50,571 nt of DNA, taken from assembly GCA_035555295.1 (NCBI GenBank), contig DATMGW010000178.1, positions 1 through 50,571 of the forward strand, given 5' to 3'. The position numbers were made by a program, and so were the translations under genes. Numbering within the stretch: the first letter of the stretch is position 1; every line of letters begins with the position of its first letter. Of the stretch, positions 28,511-37,786 are shown one piece after another. This DNA comes from Caldimonas sp. (lineage in GTDB: Bacteria > Pseudomonadota > Gammaproteobacteria > Burkholderiales > Burkholderiaceae_C). A model generated the notes under the pieces. It saw nothing but the letters and a program-made list of their open reading frames with translations. It had not been told where the DNA came from and did no database searches.

Positions 28511-29587
28511 TTAAGCGCTCAGCGCGGTCGCCATTTTGCGGATCGCCGCCGGCGCATGCTGCGGATCGAGCCAGCGCAGCACGACGACGGCATCGAGCTC
28601 CGGGTCGACCCAGACGTAGTGGCCGCCGGCCCCGATCATGAACACCGCTCGCGTCGGGGCGCCGGCAAAGGCGCGCCCGTTCCGGTTCAACCAGAGTAGG
28701 CGCCCGTAGAACGGGGCGATCGGGCACGGCGCGCCCATCCTGTCGATCCACTCTCTCGCAATGAGCTGGTGGCCCCCACCGACCCCGCCGTCGAGCAGCA
28801 TCTGGCCGATCCGCGCCTGGTCACGGGCGCTGATCGACACGCCGCCACCCCAGTGCGATCCGCCTGGAACCGATGGCACGCGGCCGACGCCGGGCAGGTC
28901 GACCCAGGCGTCGTCGTAGCCCCGCCACGCGTAGCCTTCGCCGCCACCGAGCGGCGCCAACACGTGCTCGAGAAACACCTGCGGCAGAGGTTTGCGGAAC
29001 AGGTACAGCAGGGCCAGCGCCAGCTGGTTGATTCGCACGTCGTTGTATTCCCAGTAGGTGCCCGGTGCCTGCAGAGGACGCGATCCGCCCTTGGGGCCGC
29101 CGGCCGGGCGCGGGTCCTGCGCCACCTTGCGCCAGCGGTCGACCGTGTCGGGAATGCCGAAGCAGCTGCCCTCCCATTCGCTGGTCTGCGTCAGCAGATG
29201 CGTCCACGTGATCGCGCGGTTGTGCGCGCTGTCGTCGAAGCCGATGCCGGGCAGTTGCAAGGCGACCGGTGAATCTTCGTCGGGCAACAACTTTTGGCCC
29301 TGCGCTACCCCGGCGAGCAGAGCGAGGTAGGTCTTGGCGACGCTGAAGGTCAGGTCGGCGCGGGCCGGTTCGCCCCACGCGGCGATCTCCTTGCCGTGCT
29401 GCCGCACGACTCCCGACTGCGGGCCGCGCGCATGCACCGGACCGCGCAAGCGATCGAAGGGCGGCGGATCGTCGTGATGCACGCCCCAGGGAGTCTCGCC
29501 GGCCGCCGGAGCGGCAAGCGGGTCTCGAGGCCACGTGACCTCATGCGCCTGCGCAAAGAGTGCAGCCGCGTTCAGCAGGGGATGCAT
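28511..29587 (-). CDS. Serine hydrolase, beta-lactamase-related family
   Basis: FSVAK (SxxK), HLLTQTS, PGTYWEYND, SARDQARIG. Confidence 0.85.
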   Translation of the reverse strand: MHPLLNAAALFAQAHEVTWPRDPLAAPAAGETPWGVHHDDPPPFDRLRGPVHARGPQSGVVRQHGKEIAAWGEPARADLTFSVAKTYLALLAGVAQGQKLLPDEDSPVALQLPGIGFDDSAHNRAITWTHLLTQTSEWEGSCFGIPDTVDRWRKVAQDPRPAGGPKGGSRPLQAPGTYWEYNDVRINQLALALLYLFRKPLPQVFLEHVLAPLGGGEGYAWRGYDDAWVDLPGVGRVPSVPGGSHWGGGVSISARDQARIGQMLLDGGVGGGHQLIAREWIDRMGAPCPIAPFYGRLLWLNRNGRAFAGAPTRAVFMIGAGGHYVWVDPELDAVVVLRWLDPQHAPAAIRKMATALSA

Positions 29588-29620
29588 CGGGTAGTCAGTT
29601 CGCAGCGACGGCTCGCGCCG

Positions 29621-30589
29621 TCACTCCACCTTCGCGCCCGACGACGTGACCACCTTCTCCCACTTGGCGGTCTCGGCGGCGATGATCTTGCCGAAGTCTT
29701 CGGGGGTTCCCGCGATCGGCTTGCCGCCGAGCTCGGCCAGGCGGTCGCGCATCTTCGGATCGGCGAGGGCGCGGTTCACTTCGGCGTTCACCTTGTCGAT
29801 GATCTCGCGCGGCGTTCCCTTGGGCATGCCGATGCCGAACCAGGCCGTCGCTTCGTAGCCGGGAACGGTTTCGCCGATCGTGGGCAATTGCGGCAGCGAC
29901 GGCTCGCGCTCCTGCGACGTGACGGCCAGCGCGCGCAGCTTGCCGCTCCTGATGTGGCCGATCGACGAAGGAAGGTTGTCGAACAGCACGTCGACCTGGC
30001 CACCGATGAGGTCGATCAGCGCCGGGCCGGCACCCTTGTACGGCACGTGGACCATGTCGCAGCCGGTCATCGACTTGAAGAGCTCGCCCGACAAGTGCAC
30101 CGACGTGCCGCTGCCCGAAGACGCCATGTTCACCTTGCCCGGGTGCGCCTTGCAGTAGGCGATGAACTCCGCCACCGTCTTCACCGGCAACGAAGGCGTC
30201 ACCTCCATCACGTTGGGCGTGCGCACGAGGCCCGCGACGGGCGCGATGTCGCGGATGAAGTTGAAGCCGAGGTTCCTGTACAGCGTCGCGTTGATGCCGT
30301 TGGCCGGGTTCACGAGCAGCATCGTGTAGCCGTCGGGCGGCGCGTTCACCACGTATTCGACGCCCATGTTGTTGCCGGCGCCCGGCTTGTTCTCGATGTA
30401 GAACGACTGCCCCATCTTTTCCGTGAGCCACTGCGCGACGATGCGCGCCAGCACGTCTGTCGTTCCGGCCGGCGTGTAGGGGACGACCAGCTTCACGGGC
30501 CGGGTCGGGTAGTCGAGCGCCAACGCGTCCTGGCCGGACGCGACGAAGCCCAGCAGCGACAGGATGAGCAGGCGGGACATTCGACGCAT
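29621..30589 (-). CDS. Bug/TctC tripartite tricarboxylate transporter substrate-binding protein
   Basis: GGAG RBS, ATG 30589; YPTRPVKLVVPY..GTTD, ENKPGAG, HVPYKGAGPA. Confidence 0.93.
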   Translation of the reverse strand: MRRMSRLLILSLLGFVASGQDALALDYPTRPVKLVVPYTPAGTTDVLARIVAQWLTEKMGQSFYIENKPGAGNNMGVEYVVNAPPDGYTMLLVNPANGINATLYRNLGFNFIRDIAPVAGLVRTPNVMEVTPSLPVKTVAEFIAYCKAHPGKVNMASSGSGTSVHLSGELFKSMTGCDMVHVPYKGAGPALIDLIGGQVDVLFDNLPSSIGHIRSGKLRALAVTSQEREPSLPQLPTIGETVPGYEATAWFGIGMPKGTPREIIDKVNAEVNRALADPKMRDRLAELGGKPIAGTPEDFGKIIAAETAKWEKVVTSSGAKVE

Positions 30590-30612
30590 GGCTGTCTCCA
30601 CAGGTGGTTGCT

Positions 30613-30632
30613 GCCTGTCGGCGCCGACAGGC
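30613..30632. promoter_or_regulatory. Perfect 20-bp palindrome GCCTGTCGGCGCCGACAGGC
   Basis: Exactly self-complementary; lies just upstream of the Bug gene RBS in the divergent intergenic region. Confidence 0.5.
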
Positions 30633-30840
30633 GGGCGCCTCCAGCAGCTCGACGGAATGATCGCAGATGGAACGCGGGGTTCGAGCCGGCCAGGGCGACC
30701 GGTTGGCAAGACGCGGGCCAGCGCCCCCCGCGAATCTTCGGGGTTGATCGTTCGTGACGGCGGGCATATCGTCTCGCTCCCATTCGAACAAACGTCCTTG
30801 CCTCGAACCGCCGGGGCCGGGACCTCCGAGGAGTAACCAC

Positions 30841-33126
30841 GTGAAAACACGCGCCGCGAAATTCGCCGTCGGTTCGCTTGCCTGCTGGGCGCTGCTCTCG
30901 CTGAGCGCTGCCTGGGCGGGCCAGGAGGCCGCCATGGGAGGTGGGCTGCGCCAACTGGTCAACGCATGGGAGCTGGGCGATCCGCGCCTGCCCTCGCATC
31001 TCGACCTGCACCTGAAGAGCAGCGCCGGCGAGCCGCTCGTGCACGTGCACCTGGCGAACGGCGTCACTGCCGATCAGGCGCTGCCGGCGCTGAAGGCGGC
31101 GGGCTTTCGGCTCACGGCCGTGAGCGCGGTCGACCCGTCGCACCTGGAGGGCTTCCTGCCGCTGAGCCAGGCTCGCTCCGCGACCTTGTTGCCGGCAGTG
31201 CAATCGATCCATGCCGTGCAGCGGCCTCGTCACAACGCCGGCAGCGTACAGAGCCAGGCGGTCGCGCTCGAGAAAGCCGACATCGCCCAGGCGGCGGGAT
31301 TCGACGGGACGGGGATCCGCGTCGGCGCCCTGTCCGACAGCTTCGACACCTGCGCCACCTGCGCGACCCATGCCGCGGGAGACGTCGGCAGCGGCGACTT
31401 GCCGGTGGTGACGGTGCTCGAGGATTCACCCGACGGCACCGACGAAGGCCGGGCAATGCTGCAACTGATCCACGACATCGCGCCCGCGGCAAAGCTCGCC
31501 TTCGCGACGGCGAACAGCGGAGAAGTCGGCTTTGCCAACAACATCATCGCCCTGCGCGGCACCTTCAAGGCCGACGTCATTGTCGACGACGTCGTCTACT
31601 TCGACGAACCGATGTTTTCCGACGGGCTGATCGCCCAGGCCGTCGACCTCGTCGCCGCCAACGGCGCGGCCTACTTTTCGTCGGCGGGAAACAACGGCCT
31701 CGAGTCTTACGAAGCCATCTACAAGCCGGTTTCGTTCGATCGTGCGCAGAACCTGGTGGCGAGGGGCAAGTCCAACCTCAAGCTCGACCAGATTCCGGCG
31801 GCGATACGTCCCAAGTCGCTGCACAACTTCAACGGCGACAGCAACGGCGACAGCGACGACGGAGGCGTGGCGCTCTCGCAGACCTTCTCGACCGCAGCAG
31901 TGAACTTCATCTCGTTCCAGTGGGACGAGCCGTTCTTCGTCGGCAAGGTGAAGACCGATTTCAACATCTACGTCTTCGATGCCGCCGGCAACTGGATGGA
32001 CCCCGCCAGTCCGGCATTCCCCGGCTTCTACACGACCGACGACAACACGGCGACCGACGAGGCGTTCGAGATCGTGATCCTGCCTCCCTTCCCCGGCGAG
32101 ATTCACGGCGGCGCCAACGTGTCCGACTATCAGATCGTGATCGGCAAGGTCAACGACGGCCATGCGCGGCGCATCAAGTACGTCAACGTCAACGGCCTGG
32201 GAGTGAGCCCGCAGCAAGGCGCCGGCTCGGTCTTCGGCCACGCCGCCGCGCGCGGCGGCCAGGCGGTCGCGGCGACGTATTACGTCATCCCGAACTTCCC
32301 CGAGGACTACAGCTCGCCCGGCCCGGTCTCGATCTACTTCGACGCCGCCGGCCGCCGCCTCGACGACCCGGAGATCCGTCGCCTGCCGCAGATCACGGCG
32401 GCCGACGGGGTCGACACGACGTTCTTCGGCTTCGACTCCGATGGCAACGGCCTGCCCAACTTCTTCGGCACCAGCGCGGCCGCGCCCAACGCCGCTGCGG
32501 TGGCCGCGCTCGCCTTGCAGGCCGCCGGCGGGCCCAACAGCCTCAGCCCGCGGCACCTGTACCGCGTGCTGCAGCAGACGGCCACGCCGATTCCGCTGCC
32601 CGACGATCGCGGCCACGCCTCGGCGTACACCGGCCCGCTGATCTTCTCGGCGGACGGCGACTGGACGCGCTGGTCGCGCTACTTCGGGCTTGCCGTCGAT
32701 GGCCACGGCCACCGGGCCGTCAAGTCGGTCGCCATCGACGTCGGTCCCGCCGGCCTCGTCTTCAGTGCCAATCCGAATCGCTTCCACATCGGCGCGTCCA
32801 ACGGGGTGACCCTGGCCGACATCACGCCGGCGCTCAGTTCCGGCAATAAGGTCTTCACGATGACCTTTGCCCACGGCAAGTTCGGTCCGGGCTCGCTGCT
32901 TCGCTTCGGCCACTCGGTGTTCGATCCGCGCCAGGGCTCGACCCAGGAAGACCCCGATCGCTTCCGCGGCGCGAAGATCACGACGACGCTCGAAGACGGC
33001 TCGGTCTTCACCTCGGCTGTCGTCGCCGATCCCAAGCAGAAGGTCAACCGCTTTACGGGCGCCGGCCTGGTCAACGCCGCTGCGGCGGTGCAGAAGGCGC
33101 AACGGCGCGACGGCGACTGGGACTGA
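30841..33126 (+). CDS. Secreted subtilase (S8-like serine peptidase)
   Basis: GAGGAG RBS and GTG 30841; signal peptide; [47 protein letters not shown]. Confidence 0.88.
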   Translation: MKTRAAKFAVGSLACWALLSLSAAWAGQEAAMGGGLRQLVNAWELGDPRLPSHLDLHLKSSAGEPLVHVHLANGVTADQALPALKAAGFRLTAVSAVDPSHLEGFLPLSQARSATLLPAVQSIHAVQRPRHNAGSVQSQAVALEKADIAQAAGFDGTGIRVGALSDSFDTCATCATHAAGDVGSGDLPVVTVLEDSPDGTDEGRAMLQLIHDIAPAAKLAFATANSGEVGFANNIIALRGTFKADVIVDDVVYFDEPMFSDGLIAQAVDLVAANGAAYFSSAGNNGLESYEAIYKPVSFDRAQNLVARGKSNLKLDQIPAAIRPKSLHNFNGDSNGDSDDGGVALSQTFSTAAVNFISFQWDEPFFVGKVKTDFNIYVFDAAGNWMDPASPAFPGFYTTDDNTATDEAFEIVILPPFPGEIHGGANVSDYQIVIGKVNDGHARRIKYVNVNGLGVSPQQGAGSVFGHAAARGGQAVAATYYVIPNFPEDYSSPGPVSIYFDAAGRRLDDPEIRRLPQITAADGVDTTFFGFDSDGNGLPNFFGTSAAAPNAAAVAALALQAAGGPNSLSPRHLYRVLQQTATPIPLPDDRGHASAYTGPLIFSADGDWTRWSRYFGLAVDGHGHRAVKSVAIDVGPAGLVFSANPNRFHIGASNGVTLADITPALSSGNKVFTMTFAHGKFGPGSLLRFGHSVFDPRQGSTQEDPDRFRGAKITTTLEDGSVFTSAVVADPKQKVNRFTGAGLVNAAAAVQKAQRRDGDWD

Positions 33127-33266
33127 ACCAGGCCGCAGCGAACGAGGCGCGGCAGCACGCTAGGAGCAGCTCAACACCGACCCCTGCACCGTGCGCAGGC
33201 CGCGCGGGCCCGTCAGGTATCGGCTGCCTGGCGAGTCAGCCACTTTGCCGATCGGGGGAACGACGC

Positions 33267-34244
33267 TCACGGCCTCGCGCCCTGCGGCAACGCGATCCCG
33301 CGCTCCTTCATGACCTCGCGCAAGCGGTCCGGATAGTCGGTGATGATCCCGTCGACGCCCCAGTCGATGAGCCGGCGCATGTCGGCCATCTCGTTGACCG
33401 TCCACGGGACGATTTGCAGACCGACGTCGTGCGCACGCTGCACCGCGCCGGCGTCGATGCTGGAGGAGTTGGGCGACCAGATCGCTCCGCCGGCGGCCTT
33501 GATCATGTGCGGCACCGACGCATAGTCGTGCGCCACCCGGCCCGCCGTCCAGCGCGGATCTTCCACGTTGTTGGCGTTGCGGCTCTGGATCGTCAGGTAC
33601 ACCGTGCGCATCCCGGGCTCGAGGCGCTGCACGAGTTGCAGCGTGCGCCAGTCGAAGCTCTGGATCATCGAGCGACGCGTCATTGCGGCGTCGCGGATCA
33701 CCGCGAGAAGCGTCGTCACGAACGCCTCGGGCGACACCGTGTCGTTCGGCTTGTCGGGATAGATCTTGGTCTCGATGTCGAACTGCACGTCGTTCGCGCC
33801 GATCCTGTTCGCCAGCGCGAACAACGACGCCAGGGTCGGAATGCGCTGCCCATCCTGCGCCTGCTGCCCGGCGAAGGGCTTGCCGTAGGCGTGCTCCGGG
33901 TTCAGGCGCCCTACGTCGTAGCTTTGCAGCTGAGCCAGCGTCAGCGAATGAATCAGCGGCCCGGCCTCCTTCAGCCACTGGCCCTGCGCGTCGCGCGCGG
34001 TGCCTGGGAACAGGGCGGGTTCGTGCGAGATCACGGCAACGCCGTCGGCAGTGATGGCGATGTCTAGCTCGAGCGTGGTCACGCCCATGCGCATGGCGTT
34101 CTCGAAGGAGGACAGGGTGTTCTCGGGGCGCAGGCCCCGCCCGCCGCGGTGCGCTTGCAGATCGAATGCTTGTGCCGGTCCGGCCGCTAGGCCCAGAAGC
34201 ACGCACGCGAAGAGGCTGAGCTTGCGGATGCCGCGCAGCTTCAC
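33267..34244 (-). CDS. Glycerophosphodiester phosphodiesterase
   Basis: Signal peptide; QAHRGG..PENTL, LELDI, DIETK, IQSFD, PWTVN, GVDGIITDYP. Confidence 0.93.
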   Translation of the reverse strand: MKLRGIRKLSLFACVLLGLAAGPAQAFDLQAHRGGRGLRPENTLSSFENAMRMGVTTLELDIAITADGVAVISHEPALFPGTARDAQGQWLKEAGPLIHSLTLAQLQSYDVGRLNPEHAYGKPFAGQQAQDGQRIPTLASLFALANRIGANDVQFDIETKIYPDKPNDTVSPEAFVTTLLAVIRDAAMTRRSMIQSFDWRTLQLVQRLEPGMRTVYLTIQSRNANNVEDPRWTAGRVAHDYASVPHMIKAAGGAIWSPNSSSIDAGAVQRAHDVGLQIVPWTVNEMADMRRLIDWGVDGIITDYPDRLREVMKERGIALPQGARP

Positions 34245-34254
34245 GACGGATCGC

Positions 34255-34920
34255 TCACTCGCTGTCGGCCGCCCAGCCGTGCGCGCCGATCAGCGGAACG
34301 AACGCCACGCCGCCGAGATCGGTCTCGCGGAAGTCGTTCTCGCCCAGACGCGTGACCCTGACTAGATGCTGGTCGTAGCTGCGCGCGCCGACCGGCATCA
34401 CGATCCGGCCGCCGGGGGCGAGCTGCTCGCGCAAGGCAGCCGGGACGCGCGGCCCGCCGGCCGCGACCAGGATGGCGTCGTACGGCGCTCCTTGCGGCCA
34501 GCCGCCGCTGCCGTCGGCGCAATGCACGGCCACGTTGACGTAGCCGAGGCGGGTCAGCCGTTCGCGCGCACTGTCGGCGAGGCCGGCGTGGCGTTCGACG
34601 GCATCGACGTGCCGCGCGATCAGGCTCGCGACCGCACAGGCATAGCCCGAGCCGGCACCGATGTCGAGGACGCAGTCGCCGGGGCGAAGCGCCGCGGCCT
34701 CGAGCATCAGAGCGACGATGTACGGCTGCGAGATCGTCTGCCTTTGCTCGATCGGCAAGGGAGTGTCATCGTAGGCGCGGTCGCGCAGATCGGCGGCGAC
34801 GAAGTCCTCCCGCGGAACGCTGCGCATCGCCTCGAGCACCGCCGGGTCGCGGATGCCGCGGCCGGCGATCTGCTCGTCGACCATCGCCCGGCGCCGTGCC
34901 GCGAAGTCTTCGTCGCTCAT
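34255..34920 (-). CDS. pcm: Protein-L-isoaspartate O-methyltransferase
   Basis: VPREDFV, QTISQPYIVA, VLDIGAGSGY, PYDAILVAA, QLAPGGRIVMPVG, FVPL. Confidence 0.93.
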   Translation of the reverse strand: MSDEDFAARRRAMVDEQIAGRGIRDPAVLEAMRSVPREDFVAADLRDRAYDDTPLPIEQRQTISQPYIVALMLEAAALRPGDCVLDIGAGSGYACAVASLIARHVDAVERHAGLADSARERLTRLGYVNVAVHCADGSGGWPQGAPYDAILVAAGGPRVPAALREQLAPGGRIVMPVGARSYDQHLVRVTRLGENDFRETDLGGVAFVPLIGAHGWAADSE

Positions 34921-34956
34921 CGGGGCCTTTCAGGTCGGCCTGTTGCCGCTCGCCCG

Positions 34957-36144
34957 CTAGCTGCCCGTGCGGCGAGAGGCTTCCTGCTGCTGCTTCTGAT
35001 GCGATTGCAGCCACTGCATCTTCGCCGCGTACAGGTCGTGCTGGCCGCGCGTCGTGCTGTTGTCGATGGCGAGCTGCAGGTGCTTCTTCGCCTGGGCGAC
35101 GTCACCCAGGTTCCAGTCGGCCAGGCCGAGCCAGAAGTGGAACTCGTGGTAGTAGTCGGCACGGTCGACCTCGCGCGCGAAGTAGTCGCGCGCCGCCCGG
35201 TAGTCGCTGTTGTGCATCGCGGCGATGCCGAGGTTGAAGAAGTGGAACGGCGGATAGGGCTCGATCGCGGCGAGGCGCGTCCGCATCTGGACCGCTTCGG
35301 CGCCACGGCCCTGCCGGTCGTAAGCCTCGGCCAGGTTCGAGAGGGCGCGCGTGCTGCTCGGCTCGCGGGCCAGCACGCGCTCGAAGACGCGCACCGCCTC
35401 GTCGGCGTTGCCGTGGCGCAGGTAGACGACCCCGAGCGTGTTCCAGGCTCCGAGGAAGGACGGATCCCGGCGCAGCGACTCGACCGTCCAGGCGTATGCG
35501 TCGTCGAGCTGGTCGCGGGTCAGCGCTTCGGCGGCGCGGTTGTTGGCGTACATCGCCAGCACCGTGGCCTCCTCGATGTAGTGCGTGCGCATCCGGCGGA
35601 TGTCTTCCGGCGGCAGGAAGTCGATCGTCAGCGGGCTCAGGTCCCAGGACGTTCCCGCATCCATGATGCGCCGGCCGACCGAGACGTTGACGTGGCCGCT
35701 GGCGAACAGCAGCGTGCCGGTGCGGCTCCACGTCTCCTCGAGATAGGCGCTCTGGTAGTAGATCGGCAGGTTCAGCTCGTGCGCAAACGCAGCCGTCATG
35801 ATGACCAGCGACAGGCAGTTGCCCGAGCGCGTGGCGAACGATTCGGAGGCCGTTTTCGTCGTTGCCGCGTCGTATTCGAGCTTGAGCTGCCCTTTCTGGT
35901 AGAGCGCCTCGATCAGGCCGGTCTGCTTGCCTTTGCTGTGCAGCTGCTCGGCGATGTCGACTACGAGGTAGCGCTTCATCGCCGCACTGACCGTGAGCAC
36001 GTCGTCGGTGCCGATGCGTTCGGTCGGCGGCCCGAACAGGTGTCCGTCGAGGAACGGCTCGAGCCGCTCGACCGGCGCCGGCGTGCTCGCGCAGGCGGAG
36101 ATCAGGCCAGCCGCGACGAGGCAGAACAAGGATGAGGTGCGCAT
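34957..36144 (-). CDS. TPR-containing lipoprotein with transglutaminase-like N-terminal domain
   Basis: GGAG RBS, ATG 36144; lipobox LISAC; SGNCLSL, SGHVN, TIDF; C-terminal TPR helices (AWNTLGVVY, ALSNLAEAY). Confidence 0.8.
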   Translation of the reverse strand: MRTSSLFCLVAAGLISACASTPAPVERLEPFLDGHLFGPPTERIGTDDVLTVSAAMKRYLVVDIAEQLHSKGKQTGLIEALYQKGQLKLEYDAATTKTASESFATRSGNCLSLVIMTAAFAHELNLPIYYQSAYLEETWSRTGTLLFASGHVNVSVGRRIMDAGTSWDLSPLTIDFLPPEDIRRMRTHYIEEATVLAMYANNRAAEALTRDQLDDAYAWTVESLRRDPSFLGAWNTLGVVYLRHGNADEAVRVFERVLAREPSSTRALSNLAEAYDRQGRGAEAVQMRTRLAAIEPYPPFHFFNLGIAAMHNSDYRAARDYFAREVDRADYYHEFHFWLGLADWNLGDVAQAKKHLQLAIDNSTTRGQHDLYAAKMQWLQSHQKQQQEASRRTGS

Positions 36145-36245
36145 GGCATGTCTCCCCGCGGCGAAGCGCCGCCGCGGCCGTTCATCATCACAGCACGGAT
36201 GATGACGCAAAGCACCGGAGTTTGGGCGGCCGTCGGGCCGGCAAC

Positions 36246-36593
36246 TCATTGTCCGTGACTTGCTCTTGAGTCGTCCGGCGCCGCGGCGCGGTCGAACATG
36301 CCGTAGTCACGCAGGACGCTCGCCACGCGCAGGCGGTAGTCGGCGAAGACGTGCTCGCGGCCGGCGTGCTGGGCGCGCCGGTGCGCCTCGTGGTTGCGCC
36401 AGCGCTGCACCGCCGCCTCGTCCTTCCAGAACGAGAGCGACAGCAACTTGCCGGGCTCGCTCAGGCTCTCGAAGCGCTCGATCGAGACGAAGCCGGGGGT
36501 GGCATCGAGTTCGCGGTGCAGCGCTGCCGCGGTCGCGAGGTATCGGTCGCGCGCGCCGGCCTTCGGAACGACTTCGAAGATCACGGCGATCAT
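36246..36593 (-). CDS. Antibiotic biosynthesis monooxygenase (ABM) family protein
   Basis: MIAVIFEV...[10 protein letters not shown]...LSLSFW...HRRAQ...YRLRVA; ATGA overlap with the upstream gene. Confidence 0.9.
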   Translation of the reverse strand: MIAVIFEVVPKAGARDRYLATAAALHRELDATPGFVSIERFESLSEPGKLLSLSFWKDEAAVQRWRNHEAHRRAQHAGREHVFADYRLRVASVLRDYGMFDRAAAPDDSRASHGQ

Positions 36594-36934
36594 GGCGACA
36601 CTTCCGCTCGCGTCGCGACGCCGAGGGTTTCTTCCACTCCTTCGAGAAAGCTCCGCTCCTCGCGGAGGATGAATCGCTTCGCCTGCGCGACGGCGAAGTT
36701 CTCGCGGCCCTCGGGGTCGGCCCTCAGGCGCGCGCGATACGCCTCGTAGGCGGCGAGCGAGGGGAACGAGATCAGCCCCCAGGCGATGTCGTTGGTTCCT
36801 TCGTGCGGCAGGAAGTAGCCGAGAAGGTGGCCGCCGCAGCGCGGGATGATGCGGCCCCAGCGCTCGGCGTAGGTTCGAAAGGCGTCGCGCTGGAAAGGGT
36901 CGATGGCGTAGCGGATGAAGCAGGTGATCGTCAT
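36590..36934 (-). CDS. NIPSNAP family protein
   Basis: [11 protein letters not shown]...GYFLPHEGT...SLAAYEAYR...EERSFL. Confidence 0.88.
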   Translation of the reverse strand: MTITCFIRYAIDPFQRDAFRTYAERWGRIIPRCGGHLLGYFLPHEGTNDIAWGLISFPSLAAYEAYRARLRADPEGRENFAVAQAKRFILREERSFLEGVEETLGVATRAEVSP

Positions 36935-36988
36935 GGCATGTCTCCACGGGAATGGAACGCGATGACGATAGCGCGAAACCCGTCGTTG

Positions 36989-37012
36989 ATGGTTCGGCTA
37001 AGATCGAACCAT
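36989..37012. promoter_or_regulatory. Putative ArsR-family operator ATGGTTCG-N8-CGAACCAT
   Basis: Perfect 8-bp arms in the 76-bp divergent gap; right arm overlaps the regulator's ATG. Confidence 0.65.
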
Positions 37013-37721
37013 GAAAGAAGGACCGAACATCGCCCGGGTTGCTGCCCTGATCGGCGAGTCGGCCCGCGCCGAGGTGCTGACGGCGCTGCTGGCCGACCGC
37101 GCGCTCACCGCGACCGAGCTCGCCGCCGTCGCCGGCGTGACCAAGCAGACGATCAGTTCGCATCTGGCTCAGCTGACCGATGCCGGCCTCGTCGCCGTCG
37201 AGGCGCAGGGGCGGCACCGCTACTTTCGCCTCGCCGGCCACGACGTCGCCCAACTCCTCGAGTTACTCATGGGCGTGGCGTTCCGGACCGGCGCCGTGCG
37301 CCTGCGCAGCAGCCCGCGCGAGCCGGCGCTGCGCAAGGCGCGAGTCTGCTACGACCACCTCGCCGGCGAGCTTGGCGTCCACGCCTACGACGCCATGCTC
37401 GCGCGTCGTGTCTTTTCGTCGGCCGGCGCAGTCCTATACCTGACGAACGGCGGCGCCGAGTGGTTTGCCGCGTTCGGCATCGATCCTGCCGTCGCGGCGC
37501 GCCGACACCGCGCCTTCTGCCGCCCTTGCCTCGATTGGGGCGAGCGCCGCCATCACCTCGGCGGGGCCATGGGTGCGGCGTTGTTGCATCGGCTCTTCGA
37601 GCTGCGCTGGGCGAGCCGGGCGCCGGACTCGCGGGTTGTCGTCTTCACGTCGCGCGGCGAAGCGGCGTTTCGGTCGCTGCTCGATCCAGGCAACGGTGTG
37701 CCGGCTCAAGCTCGGGCCTGA
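37011..37721 (+). CDS. ArsR-family winged-helix transcriptional regulator
   Basis: ALTATELA..AGVTKQTISSHLAQL...QGRHRYF; C-terminal ARVCYDHLAG and CLDWGERRHHLGG. Confidence 0.9.
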   Translation: MKEGPNIARVAALIGESARAEVLTALLADRALTATELAAVAGVTKQTISSHLAQLTDAGLVAVEAQGRHRYFRLAGHDVAQLLELLMGVAFRTGAVRLRSSPREPALRKARVCYDHLAGELGVHAYDAMLARRVFSSAGAVLYLTNGGAEWFAAFGIDPAVAARRHRAFCRPCLDWGERRHHLGGAMGAALLHRLFELRWASRAPDSRVVVFTSRGEAAFRSLLDPGNGVPAQARA

Positions 37722-37750
37722 GCCGTGGGTAGGCCGGCGCCTTGCGACGC

Positions 37751-37786
37751 TCACTCGAGCTTGATCTTCGCCGCCTTTGTCGCCGT
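37751..37786 (-). pseudogene. Possible 3' remnant of a Bug/TctC gene (..KAAKIKLE*)
   Basis: Minus strand reads ACG GCG ACA AAG GCG GCG AAG ATC AAG CTC GAG TGA right after the gtdA stop; resembles typical Bug C-termini. Confidence 0.4.

Noticed and set aside
33127-33266. Possible ncRNA, riboswitch or 36-aa peptide between the subtilase and GDPD
   Set aside because: Lies between convergent 3' ends; I could not match any RNA family consensus or find support for the peptide
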